A stretch of 64,000 bases of DNA, from the NCBI GenBank assembly GCA_964234715.1, contig OZ174281.1; one strand, 5' to 3'. Numbering within the stretch: the first letter of the stretch is position 1; each line of letters opens with the position of its first letter. Under the pieces are notes generated by a model that was not told the DNA's origin, ran no database searches, and was given only the letters and a program-made list of their open reading frames with translations. This document shows positions 1 to 13,500 of this stretch, one piece after another. Origin of the DNA: Podarcis melisellensis (taxonomy: Eukaryota). Position numbers and translations under genes: made by a program.

Positions 1-230
1 AACTGATATATAAATCTAGATGAACAAACTGCCCATCTGGTTTGTGCCAGCACCTGCACATCTCCCTCGCCCCACCACCCCTCTTTATGGCTGTTTGTGC
101 AGTTGCTCAGACAGCGCCATGAGCAAGGCTGAGTGTGTGTCGTAATTCTGTGATTACACTGCGCTAGCAGGGAACGTAGCACTGGAGGCAAGTCAGCTTC
201 CAGAGAATCTGTTTACTTTTAAAAACAATA

Positions 231-456
231 CAGTGGTACCTCGGGTTACGTACTTAATTTGTTCTGGAGGTCCATTCTTAACCTGAAACTGTTCTTAACC
301 TGAAGCACCACTTTAGCAAATGGGGCCTCCTGCTGCCGCCGCACCGCTGGAGCACGATTTCTGTTCTCATCCTGAAGCAAAGTTCTTAACCTGAAGCACT
401 ATTTTTGTGTTAGAAGAGTCTGTAACCTGAAGCGTATGTAACCCGAGGTACCACTG
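231..456. mobile_element. Tc1/mariner-pogo (Tigger-like) MITE, copy 1
   Basis: TIRs CAGTGGTACCTCGGGTTAC...GTAACCCGAGGTACCACTG, TA on both sides, internal TAACCTGAA repeats. Confidence 0.9.
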
Positions 457-2013
457 TACCAGAAAATGAAAATCTCCCATTCTGGAGACTGAGAAGGGAC
501 GTTTCAAGACAGGATCTCTAATGTCCCCCAACTGCAGGTGAAGCCAATACAAGGAGAGGAAGGGAGACAGTGCCTACTGGCTGCACCCCAAAATTTTGTG
601 CGCCCCATTTTCCTCACTCAGTGTTTGGATGGGGGGAGGCTGTGCTCTCTCTATAGCTCTTCTTTCACACATCAAGCTAAAGTGCACACAACAAGCGACT
701 TGTTGGGTGGAACAAGTAGACTGCAAAATGTTAAGGGGCATGGGCCTGCTCTTCCCATATGAATGCATGGAGAGGTTCATTTAGACACTTGGCAGGTGCA
801 GCCAATGGCTGGTGAAGTCTCAGAAGCCAGAAGGAATATTTTATTAAATTAGCAAATAAGCAGAGGTGTAATGAAGCAGTAACTGCAACAAGGAGATCCG
901 CGGCTTTGCACAGCCTGGATATATAAGGCTGGCCAGCTTGTCTCAAGACGAGGATTGGATTGTCATGTTTAGGGGAGCTTTACATTTACGGCTTCCTTGG
1001 CGCTGTGTTCCCAGGTCACAGCTTGGGTATGTATGATCCCTGCTGTGCCTCTTCTTATTGACTTCAGCAGTATTTGACCTTGTAAAACAGAGGTCGTCAC
1101 CTCCAAACATTCCTTGTTGAGGCTTGATTATAAGGTTAAAGTTCAAGGCAGATTAACCGAGAGATTCAATTCAGATTTATCAACCTTTCAAGTAAATTAT
1201 AACAATTCAATAATAAATCAGTACAGATTTATGAAATATATTTAGGGGTTTCCTATGATTTAATGAGTGGCAGGAAACCATTCCTAGTCCTTTGGGTTGT
1301 TGCATTGTGCTGGTAACTGATTTGGCTTGGATCGTCTAACGTAAGGAAGTGTGAGGGCACCTCCTCTTTAAACAAAACAAAACACAAGGAAAGACGAGAT
1401 CTTGTCTGAACAAACTCCCCCATGAAAATGCAAGCTTTGACCCAGGCCACCATCTCATTCTTTCTGCTCCCTTCTTTATAAACTATATCTTACTTCCATT
1501 CATGCCCATCATTCTGCATCATAGAAGGAGGTGAGTTTTCTGAAGAGACCTGTTATCAATACACCATGTTAGTGGAGATTTAATATATTTAATTTTTTTA
1601 ACCGCTTCATTTGGTTTAACATGGCTATTTTAGGTCTTGTTTTAAAACAACGAATGTCCATAAATATAAATGCAATTATTCTAGTAACTTTTTGAAGTAA
1701 CTTTTAAATTATTGAAGTAACTATACTTACTTCAAGGGGCCCCAAATCCACGAAGCATCATCTTATATATGCCAGGAGGTGCTGTTTTTCAATGTAATGC
1801 TTTTTGGACCTCTTGAGCTCCCATAGTTTTTTTCTTTCTTTTTGTTATGTAGCAATAAAGGACAGTTGTTGCCTGATTTGATTTCCTCCTACCTTGAACA
1901 CAACAAAACAAGTAGCAGCCTTGTACCTAGCATTGTGTGTGGGGATTCTAAGAGACCAATAAATAAATCAATAAAATCAGTGCCGTTTTGAAATCGGTGG
2001 TTTACAATCAGTA

Positions 2014-2256
2014 CAGTGGTACCTCGGGTTACATACGCTTCAGGTTACATACGCTTCAGGTTACAGACTCCGCTAACCCAGAAAGTGCTTCAGGTTAAGA
2101 ACTTTGCTTCAGGATAAGAACAGAAATTGTGCTCCGGCGGCGCAGCAGCAGCAGGAGGCCCCATTAGCTAATATGTTATATGTTCTAGTTAAGAACAGTT
2201 TCAGGTTAAGAACGGACTTCCGGAACGAATTAAGTACTTAACCCAAGGTACCACTG
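2014..2256. mobile_element. Same MITE family, copy 2 (opposite orientation to copy 1)
   Basis: Same TIRs, TA duplication; the body is the reverse complement of 231-456. Confidence 0.9.
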
Positions 2257-2849
2257 TACTGGTTTGAAAGGTTCACTCTGCCATTTTGAGTTAAAGATGG
2301 CATCCAATTATATTCCTTGATCTCATGCAAAATATGGTTATGATGTCTTAAGAGGCATCCAAAAGCATAGCTGTAGCACCCTGCTTGTGGTTAACGCTTA
2401 GCTGGAATGAAATATTCAACGCAGCAACAGAGAAATTAAAATAATAATTTATTTGTCAGACAAATAAATGAGAGGCTCAGTGGTATATGGTTACCAAGCT
2501 CTGGCCTGGCCTCCTGCCATTCTGGCCAGCACTTATATTCCCTTAATCCAGCCCCCTTTGCTCCTCCTTGGGCTGCCTCTGTTCAATCAGCCTGGTTGGA
2601 TTTCCTATTGGCTGATTGCTATAACTAATCACAAAAAGATACACCCATATCCTCCTGTCCTTATAAGGGAGACAAAGAGCTATATATAAATGACAAATAA
2701 GTAATAATATATCTTACATGGAATCTTAATTACCAGCTCACCTCTTGCCCTCCTTGCCCTATTGCCTTCTAAAACAAATGGTTAATCTTAAATTTTTATC
2801 TTGAACAGATGTCAGAGACCTTGGGTTCATATTCTCATGCATCATCAAT

Positions 2850-2986
2850 GAAATATCTCCTTTTGGAGGTCTTTAAACAAAGGCCTGACAACCATTTGTC
2901 ATGAGTGCTCGCTGGCGTTTTCCTGTCTTGCAGGGGAGCTGGGCTCGTTTTGCCCCTCTGGTCTCACAGCAATATGACTCTATGAA
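2850..2986 (+). mobile_element. Degraded CR1 3' end
   Basis: TCTCCTTTTGGAGGTCTTTAAACAAAGGCCTGACAACCATTTGTC...ATGACTCTATGA resembles the CR1 terminus. Confidence 0.6.
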
Positions 2987-5900
2987 ATAAGAATTTAGCA
3001 TTTCTTTCTTTCTAGATCCTTTGCATAATTACATTTAAGCCAGCATATTTCATACATAACATATATAGCTTTTTAGAAGGATAAATCTCCTCAAAGTAAA
3101 AGGAAGGAACAGTTTACAGCCTCAAAATAAAAAGTGAAGAAAAAAGTCTCTTCCCCTGTTTACACTCCCCCCCTTCTCCAGCCAGTTGTTTTCAAAACCA
3201 TTTGCTCTTGGCCTTTTACCCTGTGGCTCAAGTTTAAGAAAGGCCCATGGTATCATTTTACTATTTGCCCATTCCTAATTGTGTTTTCTCAGCCTGCAAG
3301 GGCAGTGTATGTAATTCCCCCTTTTTATGACTTTGAGAATTGTTTTTCCTGCTATAAATCAGGGGGGGGGGGCCTTGTTCAGGAGGAAAACATTGCCAAG
3401 GTTCCTCTGCCTGGCATGAAACATTTGAAAATCTAAGCCCATTTAATTTAGGAACCTGATCAAGATATAAGCCAATATAAGTCTTGATTAAAAATGCAGT
3501 CTATATTCAGATGCCACATAGCAACCAGGCAACTCTCCAAAATATATAGCAGATTCAGCTTTTTAACTTCATATGTCGTCCCAGTTGCTCAGAACTGTGG
3601 GAAATGAAAGGGGGTTAATCTACTCCCATTCTCATATAGGCAGCTGAGCCCTGACCATGTGGCCTCTTTTCAATGGGACTGAAATATCTTCCTATTGTCT
3701 CTTTCCCAAAAAACGTCAGTCATCACAACCACTACCACTCACTATTTATGTTCTTTTTTTTTAATTCTCCATTTACAATATAACACACATTTTAAAAAAT
3801 GAAGCAAGAAAAGGGAAATATAAGGCAGGATGGATACAAGAAATAGAAAATCAAATAGGAGACCATTGTTGCTAGCTTGCCACGTGATCCTTATTTCAAT
3901 GAATAGTGCCTTATGTACATTCATGTACTGCTCTTTTTCAGGTTAATAAGGATAATTTAATACAGCCTTCCCAACCTGGTGCTCTCCAGATGTTTTGTCT
4001 GTGATTTATTCTAGCCTAAGTAATTTCATGGGAATGTTTGTTTAAAGGTGGACAAGGGCAGACGTAAAATCTAAGTTTTACTGTTCTTGGAGCAGTCACC
4101 CTTGATCAAACTCTGCTATAAGAGAGTAAGAATCTCTCTTCCAAACACCTCTCTCTCCAACTCAGGCTTTCCAGCAGGAGCGCTGAATTGGCTCCAGTGG
4201 TGTGTTTGCACTGTGCTGGATTTTCTGCTTCCTCACCCTTCTCCCTCCGTACAACTAAGTTGCAATTGTAATGCAAATAAAATGAATACTCATCAAATGA
4301 CCAAGCCTTTTGCATTGGGATAAAAAGCAAAAAGTGAGGGAAAGTATCAGGTAAGTTAGCTCCTGGAAGTACATGGAAGGAAAGGCTTCTGCTCCCTTCC
4401 TTCTCCCTGCAGCAATCCGCCCCCCCCCAACCTGCTACGAATGGTCAGGGGATCTCCTGGACAATATTTGGCAGGATGCAGAGGTTTCTGGAGCAGGTAA
4501 ACCAGCTCAAACTGGGCAGAGATTCATCCAATTTTTGATGACCTATCCCTGAAAGCTCCTCCCACACCATCTCATTTTGCTCAATCCTCTAGGGTTGTGC
4601 CACGAGAGGAGGCAACAAGGAATGTTCTTTCCATGAAATTCCTCACTTTAATTTAAACTGATCTTAATATTCAAGTTAAAACTTCTATGTCCTAGCAGAA
4701 AGCATCAAACATGCCTTCCTTCCTGAATAAGAGGCTTAATCTAGGATGACACATACTATCGATACTACTTTTGGTTTGTTTGTTTTATTTTGAGAAATCA
4801 ATTTGTTTTCAAAACCTGCTACTTCTTCCTTTTCCTCCAGCATCTTCATAAACTTCCCCCTTTCTTCAAACTTAATGCAATCAAACATCTAATTAATTAA
4901 TCTAACTATTTGAATGATTAAATACGGTGACCCTGCTAGTGCAGACTGCAGCTAACATACTGGGTCACAATTTCCAAAGTTGGATTTAAACAATAGTCGT
5001 TATAATTGTCATGGTGTTTTTAACAAACATTTCTTAGTTTCAAAGAGTTGCCTAGATATTTTCCTGACCTTTTGAATCATTTCATTAAAAGACGGTTTAT
5101 AATTTTGTAACATTTTTATTTCTACTGTTTTCTTTTGTGATGGGTTGTTCAGCTTAAAAAAAAAAAAAGCTTTATTGCATTGATCCAGAAAGGAGGAAGT
5201 AATTTTTCCCCCGTTGAATACATTGCTCTAGCACTCAAATAATATGGCAATTAATTTCCTCTTAAATTTGAATGTGTGTGTGTGTTTAAGGGAGAGAAAC
5301 AACAAACATTGTTCATCAATCCAGCTTTGGTTTTTTGTTCATATGTTGGATCTTGTCTAATGGTTCTTTCAAAAACTAGAGCAGATTGAAAGAACTATGG
5401 AAAACACAGAAGGGCGAAAAACACACAACAACTTGATCTAACAACTTGAAACACTGCTTAGTATTCAAGAAACTTTCCCTAGCCTAGAAACCGGGCTTGG
5501 TATCATATTGCAAAAAGGCCGTGCAGCTTCATTGCACTCCCTCGGTGTAACATATTTACTTTTGTTTCTGTGTAGCAGCAATTGTATTATATCCTTCCTG
5601 CAGGACACCAAAGAAAAACAGAAGGTTAAGTATAAAAGGAGGGGGAGAGGTAGGGGGAGAGAGGGGGGGAGAAGCAATGAGGAGAAGCACGAGGGAAGAT
5701 GATATTTGCTGGAGAATAAGGAGTGGTGTGCAAGAATGAGATTAGAAAGAGGATGGAATGGGAGAAGAATAACAATTTCGGGCAAAACAAATGCAGACCC
5801 AGTGTGGGTGGGGAAGTGGAATATAAGTGCAACTTTGCTTGCTTTGCCAATGTTGCAGATTGGGAGAACATGCAATAAAAGCTGACCAGAGGATAGGAGG

Positions 5901-6631
5901 AGGTAACTGAGAGCACCTTTTGATCAGCCAACAGCTCCCAAACACCTCTTTGAAAAAGAAGACTGACATTATCGCAGTGCCGCCGTTAAAACAAGGAAGA
6001 AGCAGGCATGACCTGTGCTCTCCAATGCCATGCCTACAAACTCTCACACAATAGCATTGGTTGTCTTGCCCTTCTGAAGAGGTGGGTCGCATGCTGGAAT
6101 ACATTGGTGAAAGCAATCTGGAGATGTGCTGAACAGTTGACCTCCAGGCGAATTGGCTGTTAATTTCATTCATGTCAAAAAGGCCCCTCTCTCTCCCTCT
6201 CTCTCCACTGCAGCACCACATGTCTAATGATTTTCTCCCATTACAGTGCATCAGCTTGTCTAAGTCAACTACCCTGTGACAATCTGGATGGTCTGTTTTG
6301 TCTGCTGTAGTAGCGATGGGGGACCTGTGGCCCTTCAGGCGTCACCAGCCCAAGAGGTTTTGCTGCTTAAGGCAAAGCAGCAGATTTCCCCTCCCTGTTT
6401 CGCATACAGAAGCTAAATGGATTGGCAGCTGAAATTGATTTCGACACTGGCAACTGGGCAGCATTCCCCTGGGGGAAGCAGAGCAGGCTGTATGGAGCCC
6501 TCAGCTTGGTTGTCAAGCAGAGGGGAATGGCTGGTGGCTCAGGAGGAACGGCCAGGATGGCATCTGCTGCCTGATGCAGTTGTCTCACAGCGCCAAATAA
6601 TGGGGCTGGCCCTGTATTCAGATGTTCATAG

Positions 6632-6964
6632 GTAAGGTAAAGGAACCCCTGACCATTAGGTCCAGTCGTGACTGACTCTAGAGTTGCAGCGCTCATCTCA
6701 CTTTATGGCCAAGGGAGCCGACGTACAACCTCCGGGTCATGACTAAGCCGCTTCTGGCAAACCAGAGCAGTGCAGGGAAACGCCATTTACCTTCCCACCG
6801 GAATGGTACCTATTTATCTACTTGCACTTTGACATGCTTTCAAACTACTAGGTTGGCAGGAGCAGAGACCGAGCAACAGGAGCTCACCCCGTCACGGGGA
6901 TTCAAACTGCCGACCTTCTGATCAGCAAGTCCTAGGCTCTGTGGTTTAACCCACAGTGCCACCC
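6632..6964 (-). mobile_element. Sauria SINE, copy 1
   Basis: Minus strand reads a tRNA-related head (GGGTGGCACTGTGGGTTAAACCACAGAGCCTAGG), a BovB-like 3' end and an ACCTT tail. 11-bp TSD GATGTTCATAG at 6621-6631 and 6965-6975. Confidence 0.92.
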
Positions 6965-8468
6965 GATGTTCATAGAATCATAGAATTGTAGAGCTGGAAG
7001 GGACCCATATAGTTCACCCACTACAACTAAAGCATCCATGACAGATGTTGGGCTAAAGTTACCATTGTTGTTCACCATTGGCCATGCTAGGTGGGGTTGA
7101 TGGGAACTGGAATCCAATAACATATGGAAGTCACCAGGTTCTCCATCCCTGATCTGTAGGTTAAGAAGATGGCTGCCCACACCTCACTTTGCCTATGTCC
7201 GCACGAATAAGGTAAAACAGCATTTGGTGCCTCCACGAGGGATGTTCAGGATGCCTTTTTCTGATCCTGCTTACACATGTTTTCTTCTATACATTGGCCA
7301 TGCTTTCTCCTATAAAGAAGATATCCCATTGCATAAAGTAAGGATGGGGGACCAGTGGTTCTCTAGATCTGATGGACCATGTAATCCCCGACCATTGGCT
7401 ATGCTGGGGGCTGATGGGAGTTGTGGTCCAATGACATCAGTACCATAGGTTTCCAACCCTAGCTGAAATGCAAAAAAGGTCAGTTTGAATAAGCCACTCT
7501 CCCAGGGCTCATTCAAGGAACACCTTAACCCTGAATGTGAGGAATTCAAGGCAGGAAATTCAGGCATTTTTCTCATTGGGATTTCTCTCAACTTAGCCTG
7601 GTAAGGCAGCATTGTGGACTTAACAGTCATCTTGAATCCAGGAAAGGGTTTTTGTCTGCTATGAGGGCCAGCAGGGATCCTTGTAAGATACAGGATTAGA
7701 AAGCTAAGATCAAAAATGGTTTTTAAAAGCACCTGACTCATATGGGAGTGACGCAAAGGGAAGGCAGATGAAAAGCAAAGTAGAAAGAAGACATATAATT
7801 CTATCAGAATGAAATGGTAATTAATTTGTTTTTTATGCTGAAGCATTACCTTCCAATTGTGCCAGAACTGAATAAATTCTTGTGAAGTAAATTGGCAAGC
7901 CTCAACTTGTTGCTAGCATGCCAGTCTCGAAGCACCTCTATAAATGCTGTGCACATGCACATGACTGGTGCTTCAATCCTGAGAGGTTCTGGTGATGCAA
8001 CATTCCTGATTCTTCCACAATCTGTTTAATATATGTATCCACTGTGTATAAGCTGCAATCTTCAGTTATGGAGAAATAACTGTTTGTTAAATACTGGGCA
8101 GAATCCAAAAGGGTAACCTGGCCTGAGAGAAAAGTGTGTTTGCATGTAATGGGTCATTTGTGTGTGGGTGACCATACAAAATGCAGCAGTCAAGTGGAGG
8201 GATCAGAAATGAAAGGAGGAGGTTGTAACGGTAAAGCAGAACAAAAATTAGATGTGTGTGGAGAACTAATACGTGTTTGTTAAGCCTCACACATCTCTTC
8301 ATTACTTCTACAGCACTGCATTGTGAATGGGCCACCACTAGGATAGCCATATTTCAAAAAGTAAAAACCAGCACACTCCCCAAAAGCATTGAGCTTTATT
8401 CTTGGACTTTCGTTGAACCCCAAAAGCAATGGCACAGGTGAGAGATGTGTTATTCAGTTCATACGTTT

Positions 8469-8820
8469 TAGGTAAAGGGATCCCTGATCATTAGGTCCAG
8501 TCGTGGACGACTCCAGGGTTGCGGCACTCATCTCGCTTTACAGGCCGAGGGAGCTGGCGTTTGTCCGCAGTCAGCTTCCGGGTCATGTGGCCAGCATGAC
8601 TCAGCTGATTCTGGCGAACCAGAACAACGCACGGAAACGCTGTTTACCTTCCCGCCAGAGTGGTACCTATTTATCTACTTACACTTTGACAGGCTTTCAA
8701 ACTGCTAGGTTGGCAGGAGCTGGCACCAAGCAATGGGAGCTTAACCCGTACAGGGATTCAAAATGCCAACCTTCTGATCGGCAAGCCCTAGGCTCTGTGG
8801 TTTAACCCACAGCGCCACCG
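8469..8820 (-). mobile_element. Sauria SINE, copy 2
   Basis: Collinear with copy 1 (GGTACCTATTTATCTACTT, ACTGCTAGGTTGGCAGGAGC, GGTTTAACCCACAGCGCCACC). Confidence 0.92.
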
Positions 8821-10511
8821 CTGATTGGCCCCCATGAATTTTGCTGGAGCCTATTACAACTCACAAACATAGAGCCCTACCATACTCCTGTGCATGTCCT
8901 TTTTCTCTTTGTGTGCACATGCATTATTACTTAGAGTTGCGTTTAGAAGCCTACCCAGATCCTCAGAACTGGGAATTTGACAGCAGTTAATGCAGAAGCA
9001 TGTTTTATTCAAGCTTCACACTCGTACTCTATCAACATGAAGACTGTTCAATGCATCCCCATATTTTGAGGATATAATAACTATCTGCTGAGTAGCTAAT
9101 AGTGTGTGAATATCTTTCCTCCTTTGCTGACCTCTGCTTATGTTCTTCCCATGCACACATTGCTATCGTATGAGATTTGAATGAGTAATGCTCGAAAAAT
9201 CTCTTTTTTTTGTGGGGACTAGTAATGTTCAGATATAAACTGAGCAACTGAGTGTGCTGCACTGTAAAGAAAGCTGCCCAAAAACCTGAATTTAGAGAAA
9301 TAAATTTGCTTCTGCCTCTCAAAGAGGTGATACTATTCTGAAGATGTATATGCTCAAATGTTTCCTGGCAATGATTCTGGACTAACTACTGTATTTATAT
9401 GTATTACAGGGAGGAATGCTAGGAAGCAGCCAAAAATTGAACTAATCGGTTTATTTGGGAAAACTCCAAAGAACTTCCCCCTCCCAAAGGGACTGACTGT
9501 TGAGTATCTTTCAGAAGAGCATCTTTCAGTTGAATCAACACTATACCTATCACATACATTGCTAGGACCTTTTATTCTTGAATATGGGTTGGAGAGCTAA
9601 AGGGTGGAATTTGGTTATGTAACTTGTTAGGCAAACTATCACTATGAAACATGGTCAGGTAGGCTAGCAAATGTAGTGGAGCCAATGTTGTAAACAGATT
9701 CAGGTTTTCCCCAATAATGGACACTGTAGGTATTTCACCAGATTTCCACCAAACTGAGAGCTACACTGCCCCAGACGTGGAGTAATGGGGCCCAACAGAG
9801 ATTCTTAACAAAAGGTACTGATATGAAGCGAGAACCTTTATGGAAACATGGGGTTTCAAGACAAATTGGGGGGAGAAAAGACATGGTCCGTTTTAGTTGC
9901 TACCTTCACATTGTATCTGGCATTATGACAACATCACAATATTCCAGCAAACAAACTGGGTGATAGTTTGCTATTTGATGGGGCACAGGGCTGCACAGTT
10001 AGGGAAACCACCCACCCATGAAATATCTTGTGAGTGCATTCCTGATTACTGCCGTCAGCAGAGGAATTTGCTTCATATTCTTCAGGCGGTACTTAAAATT
10101 CCCAAACCAGGATTCCAAAAGATAACTGTAAACTTTTACGTTATAAATGTTTACCCCACTAGGAAAATGCAAGTAGGCTGGAGAAACTTAAGCTCTGTCA
10201 GATGACACGTTAAAATGCCAAGAGAGGCCAGCAGCAAGAAGGGAGAAGGCTTCGCTTCGGTCCTGCTGATTCAGATCTCAGGCAGCCACAGAACCTGAGC
10301 TGCAGCACTGCTGACAGGTAAAGACAGCTCAGCTCATCTAACAAACATGACATCCCTGCAACACTTTTTTAATGCTCTTACAAGAGTATCTTGCTTTTTC
10401 TTTTCTACTTGAAATAATAACGATTATTATTTCCTCCCTTGCCATCAAAAAGGACAGAAGGGATAGGCTTAAACACTTTATGATGTGCATTATATTTACA
10501 GACAACCAAAT

Positions 10512-10514
<3 letters not shown>

Positions 10515-10550
<36 letters not shown>
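10515..10550. repeat. (ATC)n microsatellite
   Basis: Read directly. Confidence 0.97.
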
Positions 10551-13500
10551 TCTATTTACAGTGTTCTGACTGTGGGTGCCATTCGTTTTTTAGCAAAAAT
10601 ATTGAACTAAATGGACCAATGATTTGGCTCTGTATAAGGCACCTTCTTACATTCCTGTTACTGGGGTGGGGTGCGGATCAAGCAGGTTAACCCCCTGGCC
10701 TCCATACGCCTGCCATTTTTTTCTCAACTGACAGGCCATGGTTCCACAGTTCTTCTTATGTTCATACGTCGAATTTGGTATTTGGACCACTTCAATTTTC
10801 ATTTAATTTACAAGCGAATACACTTCTGTTCACATGAGGAGTCCTCCGAGTTTGTAGAAAGCATTCCTTAAGTTGACCCCATCTCACTTCCAAAGGGATA
10901 GTTATGAAAACACTGAGTTTAGAGTTACTTAGAATAAATGGCAACCTTTGGGAAATGAGAGTTGCCCAAAGGATTTTAGCATATTTGTGACAGGGCAGCA
11001 ACCAAATAAAAGTAGGAGCGAAGACAGGAATTCCTTTCTTTGGCTGTTAGTGTAAACGTGGAAGTTCCACCTCTAGACAAAGGGGATGGTGTCACCCTAA
11101 AATTTATCTCCATGGGCCATAAATATTCCACAACTCTTGGAATATTCCCAAGTCCTTATCAATGGATTTTTAGGGTTTTCGATTTTTGTATCTCTTTTGA
11201 ATTATAAGCTTACATTCTTCCCAGGGGACCCCCCAAGTAGGTAGAAGCTACTACCCTATTTTTGGGTGGGCCTGTTTTGCTTCCCAATGGAAAGGCACTC
11301 AGCCACCCAAGTTCGCTACTAGAGGAAATGATTAATAGTATATATACGATCTTCATTAACTGTCTCTGCGTGTTGGCACAAGTCACTGGGACAAGATCTC
11401 TTCTTGAATTGCCACACTATGTTTTCAAGTATGGTTGTGGTGTCCATGACAACCAAATAACTCACCCCCCCAAAAAAAAGCTTCTTCTTTTTTTTAAAAA
11501 AAGAAGATCTTCCCAGACAAGTACGCCATGAAATCACAAATGCAAAACAGATGCTAGGCCATCTTCACTGAAGATTGCAATCTGCAAACGCATAGGAGTT
11601 TGTGCCCTTGATTTAGTGGTTTAAAATGCAGCAAAGCTGTTTATATTCACTGTCAAAATATTTGCACTGCATATGCTCACAGTCCCTGTGGTGGAAATGT
11701 ATTTCCCCCCCCCCCACTCCCCGCCAACTAGCATGGCAGAACAAGCACCAAACAAAGACGCATGGCTCCTGTCAAGTGCTGGCACAGGGCAGTTTTGCCT
11801 CTCCTAAGACATTTTTTAATGAATCATCAAAGTATACTGCTTGTCCCCTTTACCCTGAATAAGCTTCCTGAGCAATTATACTGTATGTGTGCTTTCTAAC
11901 TGCCTGCAACCAGAAAACCAGATGCACAGTCCATCTTGGGTTTGCTGATTTATGGTGCTGATTAATCCCTGCTAAGGGCTGGCGGTAACCAATTAAAGGG
12001 GCTTGGGTAAATTAATTTATCAGTGCATTAACATTACAATCATTATGGCATCACAATGTTTAATGAAGGTATATCAGTCAACAAGGTATTGATATTTGGG
12101 GGGGTGGGGAAAAAATGATCTTCTACATATATTCATTCATTCATAAGTAGTCTGGAATCGGGGGAATGGCAAGGTACATTGGGTACCAAACTATTTAGGG
12201 TGAGGAAAACTAGCTATGATCTAAGGATTTACTTCGTGGGAAGCAAATTTTCTCTGAAATAGTGGGCAAGAGTCTGGGTTTTTTGGGGGGGGCATTCTAA
12301 GAAACATTCAGGGTCAGGACTGTTTTCTTTGTTCATCTTACTTTTGCTGCCATTGCAAGTACTGCTCTCTGCATAACATCTGCCTCCTCAAATGTGCTGT
12401 CCTGTTCTCTACTTGGATGTAAGCCCCACTGAGTTTAGTGGAACTTCTAGGAATAAAAAAACTGTAGCATCCATGGTTATTAGGCATGCTATCCGGATGG
12501 AGGCAGTGTATCTCTGAATAGGAGTTGCTGAGTTGCAAACAGTGAGATGGCTTCTGTATCTGGCTGGCCGGTGTCAGAATGAGGATGTGAGATCTGAGGG
12601 CTCCACAGGCTCATGCAGCAGGGCTCTTCCTTATCTTGTATGTACATATCTGAACATAATAATTACCTTACTAGATCCAATCACCTGATTCAGCCATCAG
12701 GTTTCTAAGAGCAGCTGATCAGATGCCTCTTAGAAGTTTGCAAGCAGATCTTGAAAGAATTTGCCATTTCCTGCTGTTCATTACCAGCATCTGGTGATGA
12801 AAGCTGCACTGATCCTGATATCCTGTTTTTATATATCAAGGGCTAATCAGCGTTGGTAAATCTGTGCTTCGTACACTGAGTGTGAAGAAGTTCTTTTTGT
12901 CTGTCATCGGTCTACTGTGAATCAATTTCTTTAGATGTTCCTGAGCATTGTTAAATGGATCTCCATTATAGATTTGCATAGTCATACTTGTTACTTTATT
13001 TTCAATTGCTAATTTACTAATTTCAAAACCCAAGGCCACTTCTTCTGCCAGTAATTGAGCTTTTCCATTCACTTTACCAGGAGATAAATTTGAGTTCAGG
13101 TCCTGCTCCTCTATGTCACCACCATGGATCATGACATATATATGCTGAGAAGGAATTAAAAACTTGTCATTGAAATAATGTATGTCAGGAAAACCTTAAT
13201 TCCAGAAGGAGAAGGAGAAGAAATGCTTCATCTATCCACACACTAAACTTCTCAGGTTGAAGATCCATTAATATACCTCAGGAGCTGAATCTCAGTCTTA
13301 CTGTCCTTTTGGTTATGGTAGTGAATCCATTTTATTAGCTATTTTTAAGTTCTCCTAAAACTGAATTGCCACCTACTGTATATTGTTCCTTTTGTGATGT
13401 ATTATCTTGACAGGACATCAGATTTAACTTGATTTAATAAGAAGAGCAAAAAGAAACGTGGGGGCAGACCATAGGAATGCATTTGGTGTGATTCCTGCAA

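Noticed and set aside
7310-7846. 178-aa minus-strand ORF
   Set aside because: Overlaps a palindromic MITE remnant, starts at ATG but shows no domain features or exon structure.
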